A stretch of 42,371 nt of DNA from a virus (IMGVR_UViG_3300017690_000001:1-42371); one strand, 5' to 3'; counted from the first letter of the stretch, positions 32,560-41,338 are shown. The notes: generated by a model not told the origin, from the letters alone. Translations and numbers: made by a program.

Positions 32560-33522
32560 ATGGCAGTTCCATCGAATACCATTCAGACCGTTACCCGCGT
32601 GGGCAACCGCGAGGATCTTTCGGACATCATCAGTAACATCTCGCCGACCGAAACTCCGTTCGTGACCGCTATCGGTCGTGAGACGGCTTCGGCGGTGTAC
32701 CATGAGTGGCAGACGGACGCGCTGGTTTCGGCCAATGCGAACAACAAGGCCATTCAGGGCGACGACCTCAGCAACGAGAATCGTCCTGCGACGACCCGTC
32801 TGGGCAACTATACCCAGATCTTCACCAAGGTTGTCGGCACCAGCACGACGCAGCAGGCGGTCAAGGCTGCGGGCCGTTCGAACGAGCATTCCTACCAGCT
32901 TGCCAAGGCCGGCAAGGAATGGAAGCGCGATCGTGAAGCGCGTTACACCGGCAACTTCGCGGCGGTTCCCCCCGCAGCTGGTACGGCCGGCGAATCGGCG
33001 GGCGCGCTGGCGTTCATGCGTACTAATGCCAGCCGCGGTGCTGGCGGCGTCAATCCGGTGCTGTCGGGCACGACGACCGGCTATCCGGTTACTGCGGCCA
33101 CCAACGGCACGCAGCGCGCGTTCACCGAAACGCTGCTGAAGGCCGCTGTGGCATCGGCGTGGAACGCTGGTGGCGATCCGACCTTGGCGATCATGTCGCT
33201 GGGTCAGAAGCAGATTGCGGCGACGTTCTCGGGTCTGGCGACCCAGCGCCGTGAGACTGGCGACAAGCGGCTGACGATCATCGCAGGCGCCGACGTGTAT
33301 GTGTCGGACGTGGGTGAGATCCAGTTCGTGCCGGATCGCTTCTGTTCGGCGCGTGATGTGCTGATCGTGGATCCGGAGATGTGGGCGATTGCGACGCTGG
33401 ACCCGCTCCAGAAGCGCAAGCTGGCTACCACGGGTCTTGCCGATCGTGACGCGATGTACTCGGAGGAAACTCTGGTCTGCCGAAACGATGCGGGCAACGC
33501 TGTGATCGCCGATCTGACCTAA
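32560..33522 (+). CDS. Major capsid protein (HK97-fold, DUF5309-like N-terminal motif)
   Basis: NREDLSDIISNISPTETPFVTAIGRETASAVYHEWQTDAL is a motif I recognise from this capsid family. Size and position fit. Confidence 0.85.
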   Translation: MAVPSNTIQTVTRVGNREDLSDIISNISPTETPFVTAIGRETASAVYHEWQTDALVSANANNKAIQGDDLSNENRPATTRLGNYTQIFTKVVGTSTTQQAVKAAGRSNEHSYQLAKAGKEWKRDREARYTGNFAAVPPAAGTAGESAGALAFMRTNASRGAGGVNPVLSGTTTGYPVTAATNGTQRAFTETLLKAAVASAWNAGGDPTLAIMSLGQKQIAATFSGLATQRRETGDKRLTIIAGADVYVSDVGEIQFVPDRFCSARDVLIVDPEMWAIATLDPLQKRKLATTGLADRDAMYSEETLVCRNDAGNAVIADLT

Positions 33523-33530
33523 ACCCTACC

Positions 33531-33559
33531 GGCCTGCCATGCGTTGTGTGTGGCAGGCC
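33531..33559 (+). terminator. Hairpin just after the capsid gene (9-bp stem ggcctgcca/tggcaggcc, 11-nt loop)
   Basis: Read directly. It has no U-tract, so it is a partial terminator or RNA-stabilising element at best. Confidence 0.35.
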
Positions 33560-33579
33560 AACTTATAGGAGTTGAGAAC

Positions 33580-34134
33580 ATGGGACGACCCCGCAAGGAT
33601 GCCGACGTGAACCCGAATACGGGCGTCGAGGAAGACAAGATGCAGGACAGCTCGCAGGGCAAGGAACTGCCCGAGACTCAGGGTGATGGCACCGATGCCC
33701 CGTCTGTGCGTGACCTGCCGCCTGCCAACCCGCTTGGTGAACCGGTCAAGCCCGTCGAAGAGTACGCCAATATTTCGGAAGCCGGCAAGCAGGCCGCGGC
33801 TCTTGGCGTCGTGACGGAAGAAACCGAGCATATGGGAGACGATTATGTCGCGGGTGAAACGATCGTGGAGCATCCTGTTTCCCCGACCGACTCCAATCCC
33901 AACCCGCACGGCCAGCGTTCGAACCCGGATGCGAACCTCACGGTCGAGACGGACGACAAGGGCCGTGAAACCCGTTCCGCTCGTGATGAAGCCGACATGG
34001 TTGAAGTCACTGGCGCCGACGATCTGCCGGCGGAAGTTCATGTGGGCGATGGGCGCACCATTGGCCGTGGACAGACGATGAAGGTGGACAAGGACACCGC
34101 CAAGCTTCTCCGCGATAACAAGCAGGTGAAGTAA
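33580..34134 (+). CDS. Acidic, probably disordered head protein (decoration/cement candidate), 184 aa
   Basis: AGGAG SD 8 nt upstream of the ATG. The ORF-track start at 33544 lies inside the hairpin. Confidence 0.55.
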   Translation: MGRPRKDADVNPNTGVEEDKMQDSSQGKELPETQGDGTDAPSVRDLPPANPLGEPVKPVEEYANISEAGKQAAALGVVTEETEHMGDDYVAGETIVEHPVSPTDSNPNPHGQRSNPDANLTVETDDKGRETRSARDEADMVEVTGADDLPAEVHVGDGRTIGRGQTMKVDKDTAKLLRDNKQVK

Positions 34135-34135
34135 G

Positions 34136-34462
34136 GTGGCAGGGGACGAGAAACTGCTGAGTTACGATCCGCTTACCGGGATGCGTGAGTGGTTCTCGTC
34201 CGACGATGAGGGCGATACGTGGCATGTTCGTTATGAGCAGGACGTGTCGCCCTTGTTGGATGCGAATAAGGAAGCCCAGAACGAGAGTTGGGACAAGCGC
34301 GGCGACCTCTGGCACGCTGCTAGCATTCCCAATGTTGTTCTGATGGAATGGATTACAAAACACGGGATCGAGTATTTCAATCCGAACCATAAGGAGGGCG
34401 TAAAGCGCCTTCTCAATTCGGACGAATATCGCTACCTTCGGGTTCGCAATTTCATCATTTAA
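34136..34462 (+). CDS. Hypothetical virion-module protein (108 aa)
   Basis: GTG start 1 nt after the upstream stop. Confidence 0.6.
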   Translation: MAGDEKLLSYDPLTGMREWFSSDDEGDTWHVRYEQDVSPLLDANKEAQNESWDKRGDLWHAASIPNVVLMEWITKHGIEYFNPNHKEGVKRLLNSDEYRYLRVRNFII

Positions 34463-34474
34463 GGGTGTGGGCAG

Positions 34475-34921
34475 ATGACGGCACTACGAGGAATCTATAT
34501 TCAGACGCCTACTGCCATGGCGGACCGCCAGCAGCGGGAAGTTCGGTTTGATCCTTTCGGCGCGCTTGTCGTCAACACGGCCAACGCGGACGGCACTTAT
34601 GCTCCCGGCGGCGGTGCTACCGATCCTGCATACACCCAGACGGGTTACCTCCCTGCCGGCACTGACCGCAGCGGCACGACGAACGCGACGGCAAACACCT
34701 CGCAGCAGCTTGCAGCGGCGAACACGACGCGGCGCGGCCTCAACATCCAGAACATCAGCGCGAATCCTATCGGCATCAATGAGTTTGGCGGCGCTGCGGC
34801 TATCGGTACGCCGGGGACCTATACCATTGCAGCGGGTGGCACGATCAACGTGCGTACAAACCGCGCTGTAACTGTTGTAAGCGGTACGGCATCTCAGCCG
34901 TACACTGCGACGGAGTTCTAG
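34475..34921 (+). CDS. Hypothetical structural protein (148 aa), beta-rich
   Basis: ORF in the virion operon; no recognised domain. Confidence 0.6.
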   Translation: MTALRGIYIQTPTAMADRQQREVRFDPFGALVVNTANADGTYAPGGGATDPAYTQTGYLPAGTDRSGTTNATANTSQQLAAANTTRRGLNIQNISANPIGINEFGGAAAIGTPGTYTIAAGGTINVRTNRAVTVVSGTASQPYTATEF

Positions 34922-34923
34922 CG

Positions 34924-35505
34924 ATGGGTGAAGTCACGACGCCGGGTGTCTCGGAGCAGCAGCTTCTGGACAAGTTTCGTCTGATGCAGGCAAATGACAG
35001 CCTGACTATTGACGATATGTACAATAACTTCATGGGTGGGAAGATCGCGTTCGTTTCTCCTACGCCGATGACGGTTGCGTCGTTGCTTTCGACTTACCCG
35101 GCCAGCGCGCCGTATTTGGGTAAATATGCCCGCGTTACGGATCTGTGGGGTTCGGTAACGACGGTGATGGTCTGCGAGGCGGATTCCACGGGCTTCTACT
35201 GGCGCCCGCAGCGCACGGATTATGCACCCCCGCCTATCTCTATGGGTTCGGGCACGCTGACGCTGACACCTCTGATTACGGCGCCAATCGTCAACCTCAC
35301 TGGCACGCTGACTGGCACCGTCAATGTTACGCCGTCTTCGACCAACGCATGGCCTGGGGCCACGTTCACGGTGTCGTCCAATAGCGTCCTTGGGCTGTTC
35401 GGTATCAACCTTACCGGCCTTGTCGGCGGCGGGACTGTTCCGCTGCTGAGCGGTGGCATTCGTACTGTTACGTACTTTTCGGGGTCTGGGTGGCGTGCCG
35501 CTTAA
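34924..35505 (+). CDS. Hypothetical structural protein (193 aa)
   Basis: ATG 2 nt after the upstream stop. Its 3' end overlaps the convergent HNH-like gene by 38 nt. Confidence 0.6.
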   Translation: MGEVTTPGVSEQQLLDKFRLMQANDSLTIDDMYNNFMGGKIAFVSPTPMTVASLLSTYPASAPYLGKYARVTDLWGSVTTVMVCEADSTGFYWRPQRTDYAPPPISMGSGTLTLTPLITAPIVNLTGTLTGTVNVTPSSTNAWPGATFTVSSNSVLGLFGINLTGLVGGGTVPLLSGGIRTVTYFSGSGWRAA

Positions 35506-36046
35506 TGCCAGCCCGATGCTGGCGCTGAATGGTTGTGACATGCAAATTCAGCAGTTTTGCCGCATCGGGGCAGGTCAACTCAACGCCATCAACCTCGACC
35601 AAACGGGTGTAAGCACGATTACGCGCTTGAGTCTTAGGCGTTGCCCAGACGCAGTTATCTTTACAATATGGCTTATCACCGTTCAGTCGTTCAAGAGTAT
35701 TGCCCGCCGGACGCTCTCCCATGTCAGCAAGGAACTGCAAAAATCCTGCGCCATTCTTTCCATCGGAAAGCCAAGCGGGGTCTACGGTTATTCCTCTGCC
35801 GCCATAACGAGCAAAATCTTTGTTGGATGGTTCTTGGCAGCGCTTTATCATTCCTCGCCAAGAAACCCAGGTCGGGCTGTTGGTCATTCCATGGCTAGTG
35901 TTGCCTTTGGTTCCTTTTTTTCTAAGGCATCCGCAGCTCTTCGTGTTGCCGCTGGCGACATTGCCACGAGCGGCAATAAACTGTACACCGCAATGGCAAG
36001 AGTACACGGATTTTCCGCCGGCGAGGCGCTCGATATGCGTTACCAT
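35468..36046 (-). CDS. HNH/AP2-like (homing-type) endonuclease family protein
   Basis: TWVSWRGMIKRCQEPSNKDFARYGGRGITVDPAW...FLADMGERPAGNTLERLNGDKPYCKDNCVWATPKTQARNR is a widespread phage endonuclease-like motif. It is the only minus-strand gene in the late block. Confidence 0.7.
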   Translation of the reverse strand: MVTHIERLAGGKSVYSCHCGVQFIAARGNVASGNTKSCGCLRKKGTKGNTSHGMTNSPTWVSWRGMIKRCQEPSNKDFARYGGRGITVDPAWLSDGKNGAGFLQFLADMGERPAGNTLERLNGDKPYCKDNCVWATPKTQARNRAYTRLVEVDGVELTCPDAAKLLNLHVTTIQRQHRAGIKRHATQTPKST

Positions 36047-36080
36047 GGTTTCTATTTAACTGAAGAAGGAGGTCGGGTCA

Positions 36081-36260
36081 ATGCGTGACTTCGAAGTAGG
36101 CGATATGCTGTTTGGCTATCCCATCACCAAGCTCAGCGCGGATTACGTGGAAATCACGGTGCCTAATAGCGGCATTCAGTTTTCATTCGACCGCGCTCAG
36201 TTTGACGAGGGTGCGCGTTATGCGCTTTCCCTCGCCGGATCTTGGGTGATGCACAGCTGA
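36081..36260 (+). CDS. Hypothetical protein (59 aa), not in ORF track
   Basis: Strong SD AAGGAGG 8 nt upstream of the ATG. Hand translation gives MRDFEVGDMLFGYPITKLSADYVEITVPNSG... Confidence 0.5.
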   Translation: MRDFEVGDMLFGYPITKLSADYVEITVPNSGIQFSFDRAQFDEGARYALSLAGSWVMHS

Positions 36261-36367
36261 TGCACGATGAGCCAAGCGTAAAACCTTGGAGCAAGACCAC
36301 CCGCGTCGTGCTATGGGCGGTTATGTCCTTTGTCGCTTGGCTCATCGCAATTAAGGTATCGCCATAA
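36260..36367 (+). CDS. 35-aa single-TM peptide, not in ORF track
   Basis: TGATG coupling upstream and TAATG coupling downstream. Hand translation gives MHDEPSVKPWSKTTRVVLWAVMSFVAWLIAIKVSP. Confidence 0.4.
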   Translation: MHDEPSVKPWSKTTRVVLWAVMSFVAWLIAIKVSP

Positions 36368-37026
36368 TGTCCATCGCAATCCCGACATATGCCCCCGGTG
36401 CCATCACCAACTATTCGGAGCTGGTGACCGAAATCCGCGACATGATGGATGACGTAGATTACGATCAGGAGGCGATCGATCGGGCGCTGCGCAAGGCGGA
36501 GGCGGAGTTCAACCGTTCGCTGCGCACGCCTGATATGGAATCCCGTGCGGTTTTCACGATCACGGACGAGCTGACGCAGCTACCGGACGATTTTCTGGAA
36601 ATGCGGTTTATCTTCGTGGAGGGTATGCCGGATCAACCGTTATCGTCTATGTCGCCCGCGGGCATGCTGGCAAACTATTACGGGCGTTCTGGCACGCCGA
36701 TGGCCTACACGATCGAGGGCAATTCGCTGCGAGTTGGACCGGTCGGCAACACCGCGGTCGAGATGGTCTATTATGCCCGCATCGGCGCGCTGACTTCGGC
36801 ACAGGTGTCTAACTGGCTGCTGCGCAAACACCCCGACCTGTACGTTGCCGGCGTGATGTATCACCTTGCCCGCCGTGAGCGCGACAGCGACGGCATGGCG
36901 CAGGCGGCGCAGGAGGTGTCAGCGTTGACGGGCGAGATCAACAAGGCGGCGCAGAACGCGCGTTGGGGTAGCGCACCGTTGACGCCTCGGGGTGTGTCGC
37001 AGGTGTCGAATAGGGTGCGAATATAG
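36367..37026 (+). CDS. Head-tail adaptor-like virion protein
   Basis: 219 aa. The pattern (YSELVTEIRDMM...LRTPDME...LPDDFLEMRF) resembles podovirus adaptor/connector proteins; assigned from memory. Confidence 0.55.
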   Translation: MSIAIPTYAPGAITNYSELVTEIRDMMDDVDYDQEAIDRALRKAEAEFNRSLRTPDMESRAVFTITDELTQLPDDFLEMRFIFVEGMPDQPLSSMSPAGMLANYYGRSGTPMAYTIEGNSLRVGPVGNTAVEMVYYARIGALTSAQVSNWLLRKHPDLYVAGVMYHLARRERDSDGMAQAAQEVSALTGEINKAAQNARWGSAPLTPRGVSQVSNRVRI

Positions 37027-38444
37027 TGGCCACCAAGCGCCTCCCCTTCCCCGCCTACCTTCCGGATCAGCTTCCGCGCAATGTCCTGACGCAGGCGATC
37101 AACGTGCTTCCGGCTGCGGATGGCTATCGGCCGGTCAAGGCACTAGCGGCGATCAGCACGCCGTTGCAGGCGACGTTCAAGGGCGGCGGGGCGTTCATTT
37201 CGTCCACCGGCACCACGTACCTCATCGCAGGCACGGCTAACGGGCTGGAGCGTTATTCCGGTGGCGGGTGGACGACGCTGCTGGCTGCTATGTCCGTGGT
37301 CGATCGCTGGCGGTTCACGCAGTTCGGTGACTTCGTGGTTGCCGTTAACGGCGTCGATACCAAGCAGATAGATCTTACCGCAGGTAGCGCATCCGACATC
37401 GCAGGCTGCCCGACCGGCAACGGCGTGGCGGTGGTGGGCGATTACGTCGTCATTACGCAGGCGGATGGCAACAAGCTGTTGGTCCAATGGTCAGGGTTCA
37501 ACGATCACACCAAGTGGACCGCTGGCGTCGATCAGTCGGGGTTCCAGCCGATGTTAACCGGCGGCGAGGTGAAGGGCATTGCAGGCGGGGAATACGGCGT
37601 CATCCTCCAGCGCTTTCGGCTGGTGCGCATGGAGCGCACCGGAGACGACAAGGCGCCGTTCCAGTTTCCCGAGATCACCACCAACGTCGGGTGCGCCTCC
37701 AGCGGCAGTATCGCGCAGTCCGGGCGCACCGTGTTCTTCCTGTCCGACCGCGGTTTCATGGCGTTGGAGGATGGCCAGTCGTTGCGTCCGCTTGGCAACG
37801 AGAAGTTTGACCAAACCTTCCGCGATAGCGTGTCGGTGGACGATTACGAGAAGCTATGGGCTGCGGTAGACCCTAAGCGTTCGCTGGTGATGTGGGGCGT
37901 GCCTGGGGTGCCGGGGCGCATCTGGGTTTATAATTGGGTCATCGATCGTGCTACTACAATCGAAGTACCATTCTCGGGCATTTTCGCAGGTTACGAAAGC
38001 AGCACTTCGCTCGAAGGTGTTGCAGGGATTTACCCCAATCTTGACACTATGCCCTATTCGCTGGACGACCCGCGGTTTCAGGGTGGCGACCCGCGGCTCT
38101 ATGTCGTGGACCGGCAGAATCGTATTGGCGCATTCTCTGGCCCCAATCTGGAGGCTACGCTGGCGCTAGGCTGGCAAGCTCCCGGCGACCCCAACGTTTC
38201 GCGACTACGGGCTGTGTGGCCGATGTCTGACGCCAATACCGGAATCAGCATTCGCACCGATGCACGTCAGCAGATGGGTGACGGTACTGGCGTCGTAACC
38301 TCCGGCGTGCTGCAACGCAGCGGACGTATCCCCATGCGCGCGCGTGGGCGGTATCTCCAGCTAACGACAACCATAGATGCGGGCGTGCGCTGGAGCTATA
38401 TTCAGGGTATAGATTTGGAAACGGATGCAGGAGGAACACGGTAA
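37026..38444 (+). CDS. Large tail structural protein (nozzle/tubular candidate), 472 aa
   Basis: Coupled GTG start. Beta-rich sequence in a tail-module position. Confidence 0.65.
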   Translation: MATKRLPFPAYLPDQLPRNVLTQAINVLPAADGYRPVKALAAISTPLQATFKGGGAFISSTGTTYLIAGTANGLERYSGGGWTTLLAAMSVVDRWRFTQFGDFVVAVNGVDTKQIDLTAGSASDIAGCPTGNGVAVVGDYVVITQADGNKLLVQWSGFNDHTKWTAGVDQSGFQPMLTGGEVKGIAGGEYGVILQRFRLVRMERTGDDKAPFQFPEITTNVGCASSGSIAQSGRTVFFLSDRGFMALEDGQSLRPLGNEKFDQTFRDSVSVDDYEKLWAAVDPKRSLVMWGVPGVPGRIWVYNWVIDRATTIEVPFSGIFAGYESSTSLEGVAGIYPNLDTMPYSLDDPRFQGGDPRLYVVDRQNRIGAFSGPNLEATLALGWQAPGDPNVSRLRAVWPMSDANTGISIRTDARQQMGDGTGVVTSGVLQRSGRIPMRARGRYLQLTTTIDAGVRWSYIQGIDLETDAGGTR

Positions 38445-38878
38445 TGTCGAAGTCTAACGCATGGGAAACGGCTTATCTAAAGCTTCTGCTCAACGGTACG
38501 CCGATCGCGAACATTGCGGATAACGCCGCATCTTCGCCGCTGACCAGTCTTTATCTGTCGCTTCATACCGCGGATCCGGGCGAGACGGGTACCCAAACGA
38601 CCAATGAGATTTCCTATACCGGCTATGCGCGCGTTGCCGTGGCCCGCACGACGGGCGGTTGGACGGTAGATTCGTCGGGCATCGGCACGCTGGTTGCAGC
38701 AGCCAACTTTGGTGCCAGCACGGGCGGCACGGGCGGCACCGCATCGTTCGCATGCCTCGGCACTGCGGCGACGGGCGCGGGCATGATCCTGTATAGCGGT
38801 GCCATCAGCCCGACTATCTCCGTCACCAGCGGTGTGACACCGCAGATTGCGGCCGGTACGACGATCACTGAGGATTAA
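38444..38878 (+). CDS. Conserved small tail protein (144 aa)
   Basis: TAATG coupling. The N-terminus NAWETAYLKLLLNGTPIANI...YTGYARVAV matches a conserved phage tail-associated family; assigned from memory. Confidence 0.6.
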   Translation: MSKSNAWETAYLKLLLNGTPIANIADNAASSPLTSLYLSLHTADPGETGTQTTNEISYTGYARVAVARTTGGWTVDSSGIGTLVAAANFGASTGGTGGTASFACLGTAATGAGMILYSGAISPTISVTSGVTPQIAAGTTITED

Positions 38879-38884
38879 TTCCAA

Positions 38885-40300
38885 GTGGCTCTGCGTCCCT
38901 GGGTTCCCGCTGACATGGTTGGCGTTACCGGTCTTGAGATCGTTGACGCCACGAAATCCGTGACCACCGCAGATGGTACGTTTGTTTCCGGTTCGATCGT
39001 TACCGGTATTACGGCGCAACGCCCTTCTGGCGGAACGGCGACGTCGATTGTTAGCTTCCGTGACGATTACCGCCCCGTTATTGGTGCGGTGAATGGCAAG
39101 CAGACCATTTTCTTCGACACCGCAACGCGCCAGCTGGATATTCCGACAAAAACGAACCTGCCCAATGGAACGGGCGATAAATTCTGGTTTGAATGCGTCA
39201 AGGTTGCAGAAACCCGCACAGATGACCGTTACACCTGGGGCTATGGCGGAAGCAACGGCAGCGCAGTTTCATACAAACTGCGACAAGGCGGCGTGCCGTA
39301 TTGCGATATTGGTTCGGTAGGATACTCCGTTGGATCCACCGCAGTCGCCGCGACCGGCATATCTATAATATCTGAATATTATACAGCAACAGACACAACC
39401 AGCCGCGCTCGGTACAATGGCAATTCCGCTTGGACCAGCTACGTCCGTTCTCGCAATAGCGCCACTTCCAATACGGCGCATTTCGGCAACTGGCCGTTGT
39501 ACGGCAATGGATCGTCGCATCATTTGTTGCGACGGGTCTGGGGTTACGGAACGCCCACCTCAGACGACTGGGCAAGGCTTGAAGGCTGGGCGTCGTGGGA
39601 TAGCGGCGACAATGGCGCATCTCTGGTCGCGGGTCATCCATATGCCACAGCTGCACCCACTATTGACGACGGAGCCGGCGGCGGCACCACCGTGACCGGC
39701 ACCGCCAGCATGACAGGTGCGGGCACCATGGCCGCTGCCGGTGTCACGATGGCCCGCGCATCCGCTGCGATGACGGGGACCGGGGCCATAGCGGCGTCTG
39801 GCGCTACGATCGCGGCTGGTGTCGCGGCGCTGTCTGGTGCTGGCGCATTTGCTGCCATGGGTGGATCGCTTGTATCACGTGCCGTTGCGCTCGCCGGCAC
39901 GTCCACATTTGCTGCGTCGAGCATGGCTGTTGCTGGCCGCATCGTATCTTTTGCAGGGTCCAGTGCGCTTGCTGTCATCAGTCGCCGGACCGCATCGGCC
40001 ACTGCGGTCATGTCGGGTACGTCTACGTTTGCTGCAAAGCCGCCTGCGCCGCCGGTTGACCCCGCCGAAGAGGCGACGATCGGGATGCAGCTTGTGCCGG
40101 TAGACGGCAAGCGCACGGACTGGCCGCGGTTGGTGGCCAATGCCGTCAACGCGCTTATCAAAGAATACCGTGTCCGCGTCACCAATCCGTTTATGCAGCT
40201 TGATACGGCACCGTTTCAGCCAACTGAGGGGCAGACGTATTACGACACCACGTTACATCAGGTACGTGTGTGGAATGGCACGACATGGGTGGCGCTATGA
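38885..40300 (+). CDS. Tail fibre with about six degenerate ~20-aa Ala/Gly/Ser/Thr repeats
   Basis: GAGGA SD + GTG. Repeats of the form a.a(M/L)(T/S)G(A/T)(G/S)..AA..G span 39686-40042. The C-terminus GQTYYDTTLHQVRVWNGTTWVAL is a fibre-type motif. Confidence 0.75.
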   Translation: MALRPWVPADMVGVTGLEIVDATKSVTTADGTFVSGSIVTGITAQRPSGGTATSIVSFRDDYRPVIGAVNGKQTIFFDTATRQLDIPTKTNLPNGTGDKFWFECVKVAETRTDDRYTWGYGGSNGSAVSYKLRQGGVPYCDIGSVGYSVGSTAVAATGISIISEYYTATDTTSRARYNGNSAWTSYVRSRNSATSNTAHFGNWPLYGNGSSHHLLRRVWGYGTPTSDDWARLEGWASWDSGDNGASLVAGHPYATAAPTIDDGAGGGTTVTGTASMTGAGTMAAAGVTMARASAAMTGTGAIAASGATIAAGVAALSGAGAFAAMGGSLVSRAVALAGTSTFAASSMAVAGRIVSFAGSSALAVISRRTASATAVMSGTSTFAAKPPAPPVDPAEEATIGMQLVPVDGKRTDWPRLVANAVNALIKEYRVRVTNPFMQLDTAPFQPTEGQTYYDTTLHQVRVWNGTTWVAL

Positions 40301-40674
40301 TCGAGTTCCCACCGCAATCCTGGGATGCCTATTATCGCCATCGTGAGGACATCGCGGCATTGCTGGATCCGCGATGCTTCTCAATTGGCTGGATGGACAC
40401 GCAATTGCTGTCCGGTGATGCGTTGGCGTTCGGAACGGATGACGCGGTTATCATCGTTACGGTCAAGCAATATCCCGCCGGTGCAACCGAATTGCATGGT
40501 TTAGCGGCTGCTGGCGCGGTTGGTGGCATTCTGGAATTGATCGAACAAGCGGAGCAATGGGGGCGGGACAAGGGGTTGACCTTTGCCTGCATATCATCGC
40601 GTCCGGCATGGGCGAGATTATTGAAAGCCCGTGGTTATTATGTTAATCGTGTCGAAATCGTAAAGGATTTGTGA
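40297..40674 (+). CDS. Mini GNAT-like (acetyltransferase-fold) protein, 125 aa
   Basis: ATGA-coupled to the fibre stop. ELHGLAAAGAVGGILELIEQAEQWGRDKG ... ARLLKARGY resembles GNAT motif A and the C-terminal YxxxGF region. Confidence 0.5.
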   Translation: MIEFPPQSWDAYYRHREDIAALLDPRCFSIGWMDTQLLSGDALAFGTDDAVIIVTVKQYPAGATELHGLAAAGAVGGILELIEQAEQWGRDKGLTFACISSRPAWARLLKARGYYVNRVEIVKDL

Positions 40675-40675
40675 A

Positions 40676-41338
40676 GTGGGTCTGTCATCCTCCAAAACCA
40701 AGTCCACCAGCAAACCCGTATATAGCAGCCAGATTGAAGGCGCTGCGGGCAATATCAGCAATGCCTATAATGCGCAGGCGCCCAAGATTTCAGCTATTAG
40801 CGACCAGCTTGGCGGCTTGGTGCCCGATTTGGTGCAACAGTTTCAGCAGGGCGACCCGAACGTCAACGCCGCCAAGGGATACAACACCGATGTGTTGAAC
40901 GGTAAGTATCTCGACGGCAATCCTTACCTCCAATCGCAAATCGATCAGACCAACTCCGGCGTGCGGAACGGCTTGGCGGCATCGCTCGGCACGCGCGGGC
41001 TTACCGGCGGTTCGGCGTTTGGCGACATCATTACGCGCAATCTGGCGCAGAACGAAAATACGCTGCGATATACGGATTACACGAACGAGCGAAACCGCAT
41101 GGGCCAAGCGGCATCGGCTGCGGGCGGAATCTCGGCAGCTTCGTATCTGCCTCTCACCGCCATTCAGGACATCCTACAGGCGCAGCAGGCTCCGGTACAG
41201 TCGGCGGCTGGTGCAGGGGCGGGGATAGGCGGATTGCTTGGCCAATACCAGAATACGACCCAGAAGCAGGGTACGAACATCGGCATGTTGATCGCGCAGC
41301 TCGCGGGTAACGCCGCAAGCGCGTATGCGGGGGGCTGA
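40676..41338 (+). CDS. Internal virion protein candidate (220 aa)
   Basis: GTG start 1 nt after the upstream stop. Ser/Gly/Ala/Gln-rich; precedes the SLT gene. Confidence 0.6.
   Translation: MGLSSSKTKSTSKPVYSSQIEGAAGNISNAYNAQAPKISAISDQLGGLVPDLVQQFQQGDPNVNAAKGYNTDVLNGKYLDGNPYLQSQIDQTNSGVRNGLAASLGTRGLTGGSAFGDIITRNLAQNENTLRYTDYTNERNRMGQAASAAGGISAASYLPLTAIQDILQAQQAPVQSAAGAGAGIGGLLGQYQNTTQKQGTNIGMLIAQLAGNAASAYAGG

Noticed and set aside
38885-40300. Possible diversity-generating retroelement target. The fibre carries an Mtd-like YYDTTL...W motif, and the genome size is similar to Bordetella BPP-1.
   Set aside because: No reverse transcriptase ORF exists anywhere in the closed genome. I noticed no template/variable repeat pair, and no C-type-lectin-like C-terminus is evident.
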